In this document: piece after piece, positions 37,474-46,554 of the stretch | Position numbering within the stretch: the stretch's first letter is position 1 | Layout: every line of letters begins with the position of its first letter | Assembly (NCBI GenBank): GCA_009927165.1 | Contig: RFNO01000038.1 | Span: 13,574 to 77,573 of the forward strand | Direction: 5' to 3' | Source of the DNA: Pseudomonadota bacterium | GTDB lineage: Bacteria > Bdellovibrionota > FAC87 > UBA2466 | DNA length: 64,000 bases | Made by a program: the position numbers and the translations under genes | The notes under the pieces: generated by a model | What the model saw: only the letters and a program-made list of their open reading frames with translations | What the model was told of the DNA's origin: nothing | Databases searched by the model: none

Positions 37474-39623
37474 AACAAATCGGTTTAATTTGGTTTTTGT
37501 TGGCGGGACTGGCCCTCTCTGCAGAAGAAATAGAAAAACTTCCAGAAATCATTGTTCAAGAAGACTCGGAGAGCACAGCAGTCGAAATGGATAAATCAGC
37601 CGTAATTCCGACATTGCGGTTGCCAAAAGAACGTATTGAACAAAAAAATGCGCCAACTCTGTCAGAGGCCGTAGCTGGTGAAAGCGGAGTAGATGCCCAA
37701 ACCTCTTGTGCTACTTGTGGTTCAAAGCGGGTGACAGTGAATGGTCTTCGAGGAGAACATACAACCATTCTTGTTGATGGTGTCCCTCTGCACTCGGCGG
37801 TTTCCAGTTTTTACGGAGTTGATGCTGTACCCATGTCTGGAGTAGAGTCCATTGAAATTAGTCGAGGTTCAGGAGCGTCTCTCATTGCTCCGGAAGCCAT
37901 CGGAGGGGTACTTAACATCATTACGGAAACTCCTCGAAAAAACGAAGTTGATTTGGCGTTATCTTCGGGAACTTCTCAAAATTGGTTGTTAACAGGGGCG
38001 GCATCAGACACCAAATTATTTAAAAACACCCGATTATTTATTTCCGGTCAGTGGAACCGGCAAGGTTACTGGGATGCTAACAAAAGTGGCGTTTGGGATG
38101 TCGACAAAAATGGTGTTTCCGACGCCCCATTTTTTTCAAATGCTGGAATTTTATCTAAAGTTATTTTTGATTTGGGATCTCGTGACAATCTCGAACTCAG
38201 GTACGCTTGGCAGAATGTGTCCATTCTTGGGGGAACCACTGACGGTACAAAACCCTCTTCTTATTTAGCCATAGTAGACTTGCCCAAGTTTCAGGATAAC
38301 AACGTAGAGAAACCCTACTTAGATTCCCAAATAAAAATATCGGATGTAGTTGGGTTGGAGAGACAAGAAGCAGTTGCTCGGTGGCGACATAGGGTCGGAG
38401 ATAGCGCGCAACTTCAAAGCACTTCTAGTGTCGCGTGGCAGAATCAGGACTCGATTTATTTTCACGGGTATGACTATCGAAACAGAGACTTGTTAGCATT
38501 TCAGGAAGTTCGTTTTTCCACCCCCGTATCGATGGATCATATTTTGACTTTGGGAACGGACGGTCGCTGGGAGGACATGCGCTCTTTTTCGGACAAGCTT
38601 TATGGAATTAAAAAATTGGCTCCCGATGATTTTAACTTTAGAAATGCAGCGCTATTTCTGCAAGACACTTGGCAGATAGGTCTTGATCATGAACTCAACG
38701 TTGCAGGTCGTTTAGATTACCTTCATGTGACTTGGCCATATCAGCAAGATGGACAAAGAACAGTTGAGAAGGTCCTTGCATCTCCTCGTTTGTTCTGGAA
38801 ATGGAATCAATCCCAAGAGTGGATTGGAAGACTGTCCTATGGTCGCGGATATCGAGCACCGTTAAGTTTCTTTGAGTCCCAGCACGGGCTCAGTGAGAAT
38901 GGATTTACGATTGGTCTCTCCGAGATTGAGACAGCGCATTCCTTGGGAGTTTCCGAACAACTGACAACGGGCCCTTGGGAAGTCAATAGCAGCGTTTATG
39001 GAACGTGTTTGAGCCATCTAGCTTATGCTGCAGATCCAGTCGATAACTTTTCGCCGGCTCGATTTGAGAACTTAACAAATGATGTCTGGGTTGTTGCGAG
39101 CGGAGTATCTGGGACTTATCGAAAATCTGGCTGGCTATTTGAATTAGCTCTTGAGGATTTTAGATTGCCCCAAGTATACAAAAAATTGCTTCCAGTCGCG
39201 GCTACTGAGCAGCGAGCGAGGATCCGAGCTGAGAAAAAGCTGGGTTCATGGGAAGTGTCTTTGGCAGCTAATATAACCGGTCCCAGAAATCTGTCGGATT
39301 ACGGATACAATCACCATTTTGTAAACTATGAATCAGTGGATTCTGGCTTGGGACCAGTTGAGGTTCTTAAGGATCGAAAGAATCAAATGGCTCCGTTGTT
39401 TGCTACCCTTGATGTAGGAACATCCTTTCAGCCCACACGAGAGTTAGAAATTGCTCTAAATGTATTCAATGTTACAGACTTTACTCAAACGGGTTGGGGT
39501 GATTCCCCACTTACTTGGAATCAGCATGGTTCAGATCCGGCACATTTTCATTTAGATAACCTTCATGTGTGGGGCCCATTGAGAGGCCGCGTATTTATGT
39601 TTTCTTTAAAGGCGCAAATGTAG
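37470..39623 (+). CDS. TonB-dependent outer-membrane receptor
   Basis: Plug motifs (VTVNGLRGEHTTILVDGVPL, IEISRGSGASLIAPEAIGGVLNIIT) and a long barrel are present. I place the start at GTG 37470, which gives signal peptide VKQIGLIWFLLAGLALSA. Confidence 0.85.
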   Translation: MKQIGLIWFLLAGLALSAEEIEKLPEIIVQEDSESTAVEMDKSAVIPTLRLPKERIEQKNAPTLSEAVAGESGVDAQTSCATCGSKRVTVNGLRGEHTTILVDGVPLHSAVSSFYGVDAVPMSGVESIEISRGSGASLIAPEAIGGVLNIITETPRKNEVDLALSSGTSQNWLLTGAASDTKLFKNTRLFISGQWNRQGYWDANKSGVWDVDKNGVSDAPFFSNAGILSKVIFDLGSRDNLELRYAWQNVSILGGTTDGTKPSSYLAIVDLPKFQDNNVEKPYLDSQIKISDVVGLERQEAVARWRHRVGDSAQLQSTSSVAWQNQDSIYFHGYDYRNRDLLAFQEVRFSTPVSMDHILTLGTDGRWEDMRSFSDKLYGIKKLAPDDFNFRNAALFLQDTWQIGLDHELNVAGRLDYLHVTWPYQQDGQRTVEKVLASPRLFWKWNQSQEWIGRLSYGRGYRAPLSFFESQHGLSENGFTIGLSEIETAHSLGVSEQLTTGPWEVNSSVYGTCLSHLAYAADPVDNFSPARFENLTNDVWVVASGVSGTYRKSGWLFELALEDFRLPQVYKKLLPVAATEQRARIRAEKKLGSWEVSLAANITGPRNLSDYGYNHHFVNYESVDSGLGPVEVLKDRKNQMAPLFATLDVGTSFQPTRELEIALNVFNVTDFTQTGWGDSPLTWNQHGSDPAHFHLDNLHVWGPLRGRVFMFSLKAQM

Positions 39624-39625
39624 CG

Positions 39626-40078
39626 ATGAGTGTGAAGAGCAGTCTAGTTAGCATCGGTATTTTTCTTGCGGCAACCAGCTGGGGCATTTCCTGCCCAGGA
39701 GATTCGCTTTCTGTTTCTGATCCTCTAACCCAGCAACAAACTTGCCTACAGCGATGGAGCTCTAAATCTCTCGTTATGGTAACCGAATCGGATTGTCATT
39801 ACTGTCAATTACTCCTAAAGAGGATTCAGTCCGAAGCTCGAAAGCCAGACCTTTTTGAGTTGGTTTTAGTATGGGTTGATTCCGCTCCTGACTACTGTTT
39901 GAGTGCGGCTCAAAAATTCAGTACTTTAGGGAAGAACGTTTGTTCATCGAGACGTGACGTGGAGCAAAAGTGGAAAATTAATTCGACGCCGACGATCTTT
40001 TGGAAAGAAAAGGGGATTCCCAGAGTTCAAAAAGGTTTGGTCGATACGAATAAACCTCTTCTTTGGAACATTCCTTGA
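39626..40078 (+). CDS. periplasmic thioredoxin-fold protein (CxxC)
   Basis: Start is at ATG 39626, giving signal peptide MSVKSSLVSIGIFLAATSWG. The CHYC motif sits in the context VMVTESDCHYCQLL, and a ...STPTIFW cis-Pro-loop-like region is present. Confidence 0.55.
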   Translation: MSVKSSLVSIGIFLAATSWGISCPGDSLSVSDPLTQQQTCLQRWSSKSLVMVTESDCHYCQLLLKRIQSEARKPDLFELVLVWVDSAPDYCLSAAQKFSTLGKNVCSSRRDVEQKWKINSTPTIFWKEKGIPRVQKGLVDTNKPLLWNIP

Positions 40079-40860
40079 AAATTGATTCAAGCCCACCACT
40101 CATGCTTCTTCAGTCGGTCGCTTACCAGTTCGGTAATCAAGAAAAAATGCTATTTGACGAAATTTATCTCGCTTTAGGAGTTCGGGAAACGATTGTTGTC
40201 CTGGGGCCTTCTGGTGCTGGAAAAACGACGTTGCTAAAACTCATGGCAGGCCTTATCAATCCTATCCACGGAAAAATTCTGTTTCGTGGAGAAGAAGTGG
40301 CTCGCACAAACAAAAAGACTAGCATTGAACTGTCTAAACAGATTGGGATGAGCTTTCAAATGGGTGGGCTCTTGGATACTTTTTCTGTGGGAGGTAACAT
40401 TGATTTCGCTCTTGAGCAGCTTACTTTATTGAATAGAAGCGAAAGAAGTGAAGTGGTCCATTCTGTTTTAGACCAAGTTGGGTTAGCAAAAGTGGAAAAT
40501 TGTCTTTTGGAGGAACTCAGTGGGGGAATGTTGAAGCGCCTTTCTCTCGCTCGTGCGATTGCTCTTGAGCCCAGTATTTTGCTGCTGGATGAGCCTACTG
40601 CGGGGTTGGATCCAGTCACCTCGTTGGAAATTGTGAACCTAATTAAGGATTTTCAGGGGAAAAAACAAGCTTCGGTCGTTGTGGTAACAAGCGATCTCTC
40701 TGTCGCCTTTTCGATGGCTGATAGGTTAGTGTTTCTTTGGAATGGCAAGCTAATTGACGTGGGGACACCGGCACAAGCGCTGAATAGTACTTATCCGGCT
40801 GTAAATCAGTTTATCAGCGGAAAAAGTATCGGGCCCTTAACGGCTGATGAATATGCTTGA
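40063..40860 (+). CDS. Mla-type ABC ATPase paralog 1 (MlaF-like)
   Basis: Walker A GPSGAGKTT, Q-loop GMSFQ, signature LSGGMLKR (as in MlaF), Walker B LLLDEPTAGLD. The H-loop position reads VVVTSDL, with Ser in place of His. ATG 40102 (MLLQSVAYQFG) is an alternative start. Confidence 0.85.
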   Translation: MEHSLKIDSSPPLMLLQSVAYQFGNQEKMLFDEIYLALGVRETIVVLGPSGAGKTTLLKLMAGLINPIHGKILFRGEEVARTNKKTSIELSKQIGMSFQMGGLLDTFSVGGNIDFALEQLTLLNRSERSEVVHSVLDQVGLAKVENCLLEELSGGMLKRLSLARAIALEPSILLLDEPTAGLDPVTSLEIVNLIKDFQGKKQASVVVVTSDLSVAFSMADRLVFLWNGKLIDVGTPAQALNSTYPAVNQFISGKSIGPLTADEYA

Positions 40861-41575
40861 AGTAAAAAATCTTTCAAAAGTGTTGGGAGAGCGACAGGTC
40901 TTGGAAAATATGTCTCTGTCAGTTCAACAGGGAGAGATTCTCTTTGTTCTGGGACGCTCAGGTGTTGGGAAGTCGGTGTTGTTAAAGACAATTGTAGGTT
41001 TAATTCATCAAGATAAAGGAGAAGTATGGATTGATGGGGAAAAAACTCATCCGGAAAGAGAATTAGCAATGGTAGCAGTCAGGCGACAGTGCGGATTAGT
41101 GTTTCAGAGCCCTGCGTTGTTTGATTCCATGACCGTAAAGGAAAATTTGATTTTTGGTGACGAGGATAAAGCAAGACATATTTCAGCAACTATGGCCTGG
41201 TTGAAGCTCCCCGAAAAGATATTAAACTTTTATCCATCGGAGTTAAGTTTCGGATTCCAAAAAAAAGTGAGCCTGTTGCGAACATTGCTTTCTAACCCGA
41301 AGTATCTTTTATTTGATGAACCCACTACAGGGCTCGACCCAGTTACTACAAATTTGGTGAATGATGTAATTCGGGATTGCGCCAAGGCACGAAACATGGG
41401 CTGTCTAGTGGTTTCACACGATCTTCAAAGTGCTTACCACTTAGCCGACAGAATTGTTCTCATTGATCAGGGCAAAATCGCACTGAGTGGAACTCCATCG
41501 AATTTTAAAGAATCAGATTATCCACTTGCCGTGGCTTTTCGTAAAGGAACTATCAATTTTGCTGAAGGCTATTAA
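40847..41575 (+). CDS. Mla-type ABC ATPase paralog 2 (MlaF-like, degenerate signature)
   Basis: Walker A GRSGVGKS, Walker B LLFDEPTTGLD and H-loop VVSHDL are intact. The signature motif is degenerate (LSFGFQKK instead of LSGGM/Q). Confidence 0.85.
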   Translation: MNMLEVKNLSKVLGERQVLENMSLSVQQGEILFVLGRSGVGKSVLLKTIVGLIHQDKGEVWIDGEKTHPERELAMVAVRRQCGLVFQSPALFDSMTVKENLIFGDEDKARHISATMAWLKLPEKILNFYPSELSFGFQKKVSLLRTLLSNPKYLLFDEPTTGLDPVTTNLVNDVIRDCAKARNMGCLVVSHDLQSAYHLADRIVLIDQGKIALSGTPSNFKESDYPLAVAFRKGTINFAEGY

Positions 41576-42344
41576 CAAGGGAATAGAAGGGTTAGGACGT
41601 TGGGCTGAGTTTTCAATCCGAGTGTTCAAGACTTTTACAAGCAAGGGCGTGTCCAGCACTTCACTTGTGGAGCAAATGTATCATGTGGGAGTCCGCTCAC
41701 TGCCTATTACTATTGTATCGGGTTTGTTTGTCGGGGCTATTCTAGCCATCCAGATCAATCTACAGTTGAAGGATTTTGGCGCTCAGACCTTTTTAGGGGG
41801 ACTGAGCACTTCTACTACCTTGCGAAATTTAGGACCAGTTTTGATAGCTTTTTTGCTGTCTGGAAGAGTAGGGGCTTTTACTTCAGCGGAACTAGGGACG
41901 ATGGCAATTACTGACCAATTAAATGCTATACGTTGTTTAGGCATGGATCCTGTTGAGAAAATTGTAGTTCCACGATTAGTAGCACTCACTTGTTCAAGTT
42001 TTTTGTTATTAATTTTGGGGTTGGGAATGACAGTGGTGGGGGGAGTGGTGATTTCATCAGCGCATTTGGGGGTTAATCCTATTCAGTTTTCCCAAAACAT
42101 TTCCCTCTTTGTGTCTTCGTGGAGCATTGGAATCGGAGTGGTAAAAAGTTTTCTTTTTGGACTTATGATTGGAACTATTTCGTGTTTTTTTGGATATCAC
42201 ACAGCAGGGGGAGCCAGAGGTGTGGGCCGTGCCGTTAAACGAACCTCAGTTGCTACATTAGTATCGATTATTTTGATGGATTTTCTTGTGTCCACAGCTT
42301 TGGAAAGCTTGAAAACGTTTTTTGAAATCATGGCAAACTCATGA
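41487..42344 (+). CDS. MlaE-type ABC permease paralog 1
   Basis: The MlaE pattern is present (...TDQLNAIRCLGMDPVEKIVVPRLVA...). The listed start overlaps the ATPase gene by 89 nt. TTG 41559 is a plausible alternative start. Confidence 0.8.
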   Translation: MELHRILKNQIIHLPWLFVKELSILLKAINKGIEGLGRWAEFSIRVFKTFTSKGVSSTSLVEQMYHVGVRSLPITIVSGLFVGAILAIQINLQLKDFGAQTFLGGLSTSTTLRNLGPVLIAFLLSGRVGAFTSAELGTMAITDQLNAIRCLGMDPVEKIVVPRLVALTCSSFLLLILGLGMTVVGGVVISSAHLGVNPIQFSQNISLFVSSWSIGIGVVKSFLFGLMIGTISCFFGYHTAGGARGVGRAVKRTSVATLVSIILMDFLVSTALESLKTFFEIMANS

Positions 42345-43123
42345 GAAACAACGAACAGAGAGTTTTGTTTTTGGGATTTGAAGCCCTTTTAAGCCCCATT
42401 CGGTTGTTTGCAACATCTTGTCGAGTGTTGGTCTTTTCAATAGTTAATATACGGCTTCACGGGCGAGAGATCACCAATCAGATGTTTGAGTCGGCAGTCT
42501 TAAGCCTTCCCATCATTTTGTTTTCGTTAACCATTGTTTCTCTGATGAGTATTTTGGAATTTTCTTGGCATATGAAATTGGTTTTAAAGCAGGATGCTTT
42601 GGTTCCCGGATTCTCAATGGTTTTAATGGTGCGTGAAGTAGCTCCTGTGGTGACAGCGATGCTCTTAACTTCGCGTGTAGGAGCATCCATTGCAGCTGAG
42701 TTAGGATTTATGAAAGTAACCGAGCAGCTAGATCAACTGAAACTACTATCGGTATCTGAAGTTGAGTATCTCGTGATCCCACGTTGGGTTGGGTGTGTTT
42801 TTGCGAGCATCACGCTTACGCTAGCGTCTTTGGTAACTTCAATTTGCGTTTCTACAGGTATCGCTTCTCGATTCATGAACTACCAGCCCCATGAATTTTT
42901 TAATACCTTATTTGTATTTACGAAAGCTTTTGACCTGGGAGGAGGCTTATTGAAAGCATTTTGTTTTGGAACGATTATTCCCTTTGTTTCGTGTGTGTGC
43001 GGGTTGTCGTGTCAAGGCGGGAGCCGGGGAGTCGGGCAAGCGGCCACTCGAGCAGTGGTTCAAAGCTGTTTGTTTATCATTTTTGCTGATTTCTTTCTCA
43101 GTTACTGGTTGTGGACCTTCTAG
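42341..43123 (+). CDS. MlaE-type ABC permease paralog 2
   Basis: The MlaE pattern is present (...VTEQLDQLKLLSVSEVEYLVIPRWVG...). ATGA overlap with paralog 1. Confidence 0.8.
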   Translation: MRNNEQRVLFLGFEALLSPIRLFATSCRVLVFSIVNIRLHGREITNQMFESAVLSLPIILFSLTIVSLMSILEFSWHMKLVLKQDALVPGFSMVLMVREVAPVVTAMLLTSRVGASIAAELGFMKVTEQLDQLKLLSVSEVEYLVIPRWVGCVFASITLTLASLVTSICVSTGIASRFMNYQPHEFFNTLFVFTKAFDLGGGLLKAFCFGTIIPFVSCVCGLSCQGGSRGVGQAATRAVVQSCLFIIFADFFLSYWLWTF

Positions 43124-43278
43124 ATACGCGCACATGACTCACTCAATCATAAAGAAAGAGCTCCGGGCGCCACGCGTTACTAATTTAGATCCCTGTCGTG
43201 TTCCCTCTCGAGTATAATAAAGAGAAACGCAGTTAGTCTTACCTTCTTTAATTCCACCAGCTTAAAAATTAATTCGTC

Positions 43279-44055
43279 ATGGCACAACAGCACCGAAAAC
43301 AGTTTTGGGTCGGCTCACTTGTTTTAATATCTGTCGGATTTCTATTCGCTTTCACTTGGGGCTTAGGCTTGATCAGCCCTTTAAGTTCAAGCAATCAGTA
43401 CGACGTCTTCTATAATTTTGCTGGCGGGGTAGAGGTGGGAGCACCCGTGAGAGTCAGTGGCATTAAGGTAGGCAAAGTTGAGAAAATTCAGTTTTTGCAT
43501 GAGGAGTTACCCGAGCCGTTCACTGGAACCTCAGTGAAACTCACTGTGAGTGTGAATCAGGAAGCAAAATCACTGGTAAAAGAGGATTCTAAGTTTTATG
43601 TGAATATCGCTGGCATCATCGGCGAAAGATACATTGAAATAACACCTGGAAGCGCCGCTAGTGCCCTGTTAATTCCGAGCTCAAAGGTTCGTGGAATTGA
43701 TCCTCCACGAGTCGATCAACTGCTTTCCCAGGGATACGGCGTGTTTGGAAGAGTACAGGATTTTCTCGAGCAAAATGAAAGCACTTTGAAAGAGCTGCTC
43801 ACCACAGTGAATTCACTGATGACTGATACCAACCAACTCCTAAAAACCGTTGATCGGAAAAAGCTCAACCGGTTGGTAGATAATCTCAATGAAGTCAGCT
43901 CGAATTTTGGAGCACTTTCGCGCGGATTCAGAGAACCAAGAAGTCGGAAATTTGTCGATCAAGTCTATGATTTAGTGGACCGGGCTCACCAAATCGACAA
44001 AGAAGCATTAAAACAATTTTTCCAAGAAGAAGGCGTACGAGCTCGAATTTTTTAA
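43279..44055 (+). CDS. MlaD-like MCE-domain protein
   Basis: It has an N-terminal TM anchor, then an MCE core (FAGGVEVGAPVRVSGIKVGKVEKI ... NIAGIIGERYIEITPG) and a C-terminal helical region. Confidence 0.8.
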   Translation: MAQQHRKQFWVGSLVLISVGFLFAFTWGLGLISPLSSSNQYDVFYNFAGGVEVGAPVRVSGIKVGKVEKIQFLHEELPEPFTGTSVKLTVSVNQEAKSLVKEDSKFYVNIAGIIGERYIEITPGSAASALLIPSSKVRGIDPPRVDQLLSQGYGVFGRVQDFLEQNESTLKELLTTVNSLMTDTNQLLKTVDRKKLNRLVDNLNEVSSNFGALSRGFREPRSRKFVDQVYDLVDRAHQIDKEALKQFFQEEGVRARIF

Positions 44056-44071
44056 CAAAAAAGGTCATCGT

Positions 44072-44587
44072 ATGAAAAAAATTATTTGTCTGATTGCTCT
44101 GGTCATAACAAATCTTACCTATGCCAGTTTTATGGCTGATTTTCGTTTAGAACGTCGTTTCGGAGTAGGGTTGGGGGTAGGGGGCCCTCTCAGTGTCTTA
44201 GGATTAGAAGTTGAATTTAATTTATCATCAGATGTGTCATTGGTCGGAGGAATTGGCAGTGGCCATGATTACTCAACTTTTGCCGCCAGAGGAAAGTATT
44301 TTTTTCTCGGTGACCAAGTGAGCCCTTATTTCTTGCTTGGGTTTGCCCGTTGGTGGAGCCAGGGGACTACCCAAACAGACGTTGGACCAGCAGTCCTCAA
44401 AAATATCTTTCTTCAGGGCGAGGATCCCAGACAAGGTTTCAGCGTTTGGACTGTTTATCCAGGAATTGGTGTCCAATTTATCCACGATTCCGGATTTTCA
44501 ATGTATGCCGAAGCTCACTACTTATTTAAGATGCCGAGTTTTTCAAATGGTACTTATGCCGGGCTAGGAGCTTCCTGGTTCTTCTAA
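44072..44587 (+). CDS. small outer-membrane beta-barrel protein
   Basis: Signal peptide MKKIICLIALVITNLTYA, alternating strands, and a C-terminal aromatic signature ...GLGASWFF. It starts 16 nt after the MlaD-like gene. Confidence 0.55.
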   Translation: MKKIICLIALVITNLTYASFMADFRLERRFGVGLGVGGPLSVLGLEVEFNLSSDVSLVGGIGSGHDYSTFAARGKYFFLGDQVSPYFLLGFARWWSQGTTQTDVGPAVLKNIFLQGEDPRQGFSVWTVYPGIGVQFIHDSGFSMYAEAHYLFKMPSFSNGTYAGLGASWFF

Positions 44588-44597
44588 TCGTTATCAA

Positions 44598-46547
44598 ATG
44601 CGCCGATTTCTTAACTATTTCCAGTCAAGCACACGTAGCTTAAAAACGCAGCTTGCCTTCTATTTCATTCCCGTAACGGTGCTGCCTGTTTTGGGTATTA
44701 GTTATTATGCAACCCACATTTTTGAAAAAAGCACCGAGGAAAGATTATTCCGTCAAGCAGAGTCTGAACAAAGTTTAGTGGTTTCGGAACTAGAAGCAGC
44801 AGAAAAAACCATTTCAGCGCAAATTCGTCGATACGCCAATTTGGATATTTTAATTTCTGCTGTCTCAAGTAAGAGTCCCCAAAAAATCACCCCCATTATT
44901 TCTGGCCTACGCTCCAACGGAAAACTGAGAGTTTATACAGCCGATGGTGATTTTCTTGCTGAAGGAGTGAGCGAACCCAACCTTCATTCGAGAGTCAACT
45001 ACATATCGAGAGAAGGACTAAAAAAAGTAAAAACTCAAGGAATCACAGTCGAGCGCTTTTTTGCTGACGATGGAGCGGGTCTTATTATTCTGGGAAGAGC
45101 GCTGTTGAAAGATGGTGATCGGCTTTATGGGATCTTGGAACAAGAAACTCTCTTCGGTCATGCCCAACTTGCGGAGATTCGAAGTAGACGACAGCTAGAT
45201 GTTATTTTTGTGAAGCGAGACTTTTCTACAGCGACATCAAGTTTGTCTATCGGATCCCAGCGCCTCGTTGATTTTTCCAAGGGGTTATTACAGTCAAAAA
45301 TAGTGGCATCTCATGCCTTCAACCCGATATGGCTGGGAGATGTTAGGTATGCCAGCTATCTGTACGACTTACCTGACATGACTGGGAAAACCAAGAGCTG
45401 GGCTTATCTAGGTATCCTGTTGCCTCTGACTCAAAGCGATCAAACTTCTCGTCAGTTAAGGATTAATATTATCTATATAACTGCTTTCTTGGCATTGGGT
45501 TTTGGATACCTCATCTTTGTTTTCTCAAATCGAATCGTGAAACCGATTGAAGTGCTTGTCGTCGCCATGAAACGAGTGAAAACTGGAAACGTTGAGGAAA
45601 TCCCACCTAACGATTCCAGCTATGAAATCGACTATCTGATCAGTGCGTTCAACGAAATGATACGGAATGTTAGTGCTGCTAAGAGAGCGCTGGAACTGAA
45701 AGTAGATGAGCTTAGAAAAGCTAACGCTGAAATAAAGAGCACCCAGACTACCTTGGTACAATCAGCAAAGATGATCTCCCTGGGACAGATAGTTGCAGGC
45801 GTTGCCCATGAACTGAATAATCCTGTCGCATTTATTTATAGTAATATGCATCATTTGTCGGGATATATAGAAAAAATAAAAGAAATGATTTCCGCCTACC
45901 AGGCTTTGAAAATGGAGATACCAGTAGATAAACGTAAAGAAGTTGAGAATCTTGAGCAAAAACTTGAGATTTCATTTCTCTTAAATGACATGGGTGAGCT
46001 TACCCAGAGTTGTTTAGATGGAGCGAATCGTACCAAGGAAATCGTTCTTGGATTGCGAACATTTTCTCGTATGGATGAGTCAAGCTTTCGACCCTCTGAT
46101 CTCCATGAAGGTCTCAAGAGCACTCTGCGTCTTTTGAGCGCCGAATTAAAAAATCGAATTACCGTTCATCAGGAATTCGGTGAAATCCCGAAAGTCGAGT
46201 GTGCACTTTCACAGATAAATCAAGTGTTCATGAATCTGATCTCAAATGCGGCGCAAGCGATAAATGGGAAAGGCAGTATATGGATTCGAACATACTCTGA
46301 AGAGAAATCCGTTATTATTGAGATTGAAGACTCAGGGATGGGAATGAGTCCCGAAGTAGTGAGCCAAGTTTTTGTTCCGTTTTTTACGACGAAGAGAGTG
46401 GGCGAGGGAACTGGGCTAGGTCTCTCAATAGCTTATGGTCTGATTCAAAAGCATAATGGGCGTATAGAAGTTGAAAGTGAACCGGGAAAAGGTACTTTGT
46501 TTAGAATAATTCTGCCTATCACACAAAGAGTTTCCGAAGCAGGGTAA
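44598..46547 (+). CDS. sensor histidine kinase (2 TM, periplasmic sensor, HAMP, HisKA, HATPase_c)
   Basis: H-box GVAHELNNP, N-box FMNLISNAAQA, G1 EIEDSGMGM and G2 GTGLGLSIAYG are present. There are two hydrophobic segments at residues ~20-40 and ~290-310. Confidence 0.9.
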   Translation: MRRFLNYFQSSTRSLKTQLAFYFIPVTVLPVLGISYYATHIFEKSTEERLFRQAESEQSLVVSELEAAEKTISAQIRRYANLDILISAVSSKSPQKITPIISGLRSNGKLRVYTADGDFLAEGVSEPNLHSRVNYISREGLKKVKTQGITVERFFADDGAGLIILGRALLKDGDRLYGILEQETLFGHAQLAEIRSRRQLDVIFVKRDFSTATSSLSIGSQRLVDFSKGLLQSKIVASHAFNPIWLGDVRYASYLYDLPDMTGKTKSWAYLGILLPLTQSDQTSRQLRINIIYITAFLALGFGYLIFVFSNRIVKPIEVLVVAMKRVKTGNVEEIPPNDSSYEIDYLISAFNEMIRNVSAAKRALELKVDELRKANAEIKSTQTTLVQSAKMISLGQIVAGVAHELNNPVAFIYSNMHHLSGYIEKIKEMISAYQALKMEIPVDKRKEVENLEQKLEISFLLNDMGELTQSCLDGANRTKEIVLGLRTFSRMDESSFRPSDLHEGLKSTLRLLSAELKNRITVHQEFGEIPKVECALSQINQVFMNLISNAAQAINGKGSIWIRTYSEEKSVIIEIEDSGMGMSPEVVSQVFVPFFTTKRVGEGTGLGLSIAYGLIQKHNGRIEVESEPGKGTLFRIILPITQRVSEAG

Positions 46548-46554
46548 TAAACAT

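Noticed and set aside
43213-43218. A TATAAT hexamer in the spacer before the MlaD-like gene, considered as an internal sigma-70 promoter.
   Set aside because: No acceptable -35 hexamer lies at 16-18 nt spacing and there is no TG extension. It is mentioned only within the spacer finding.
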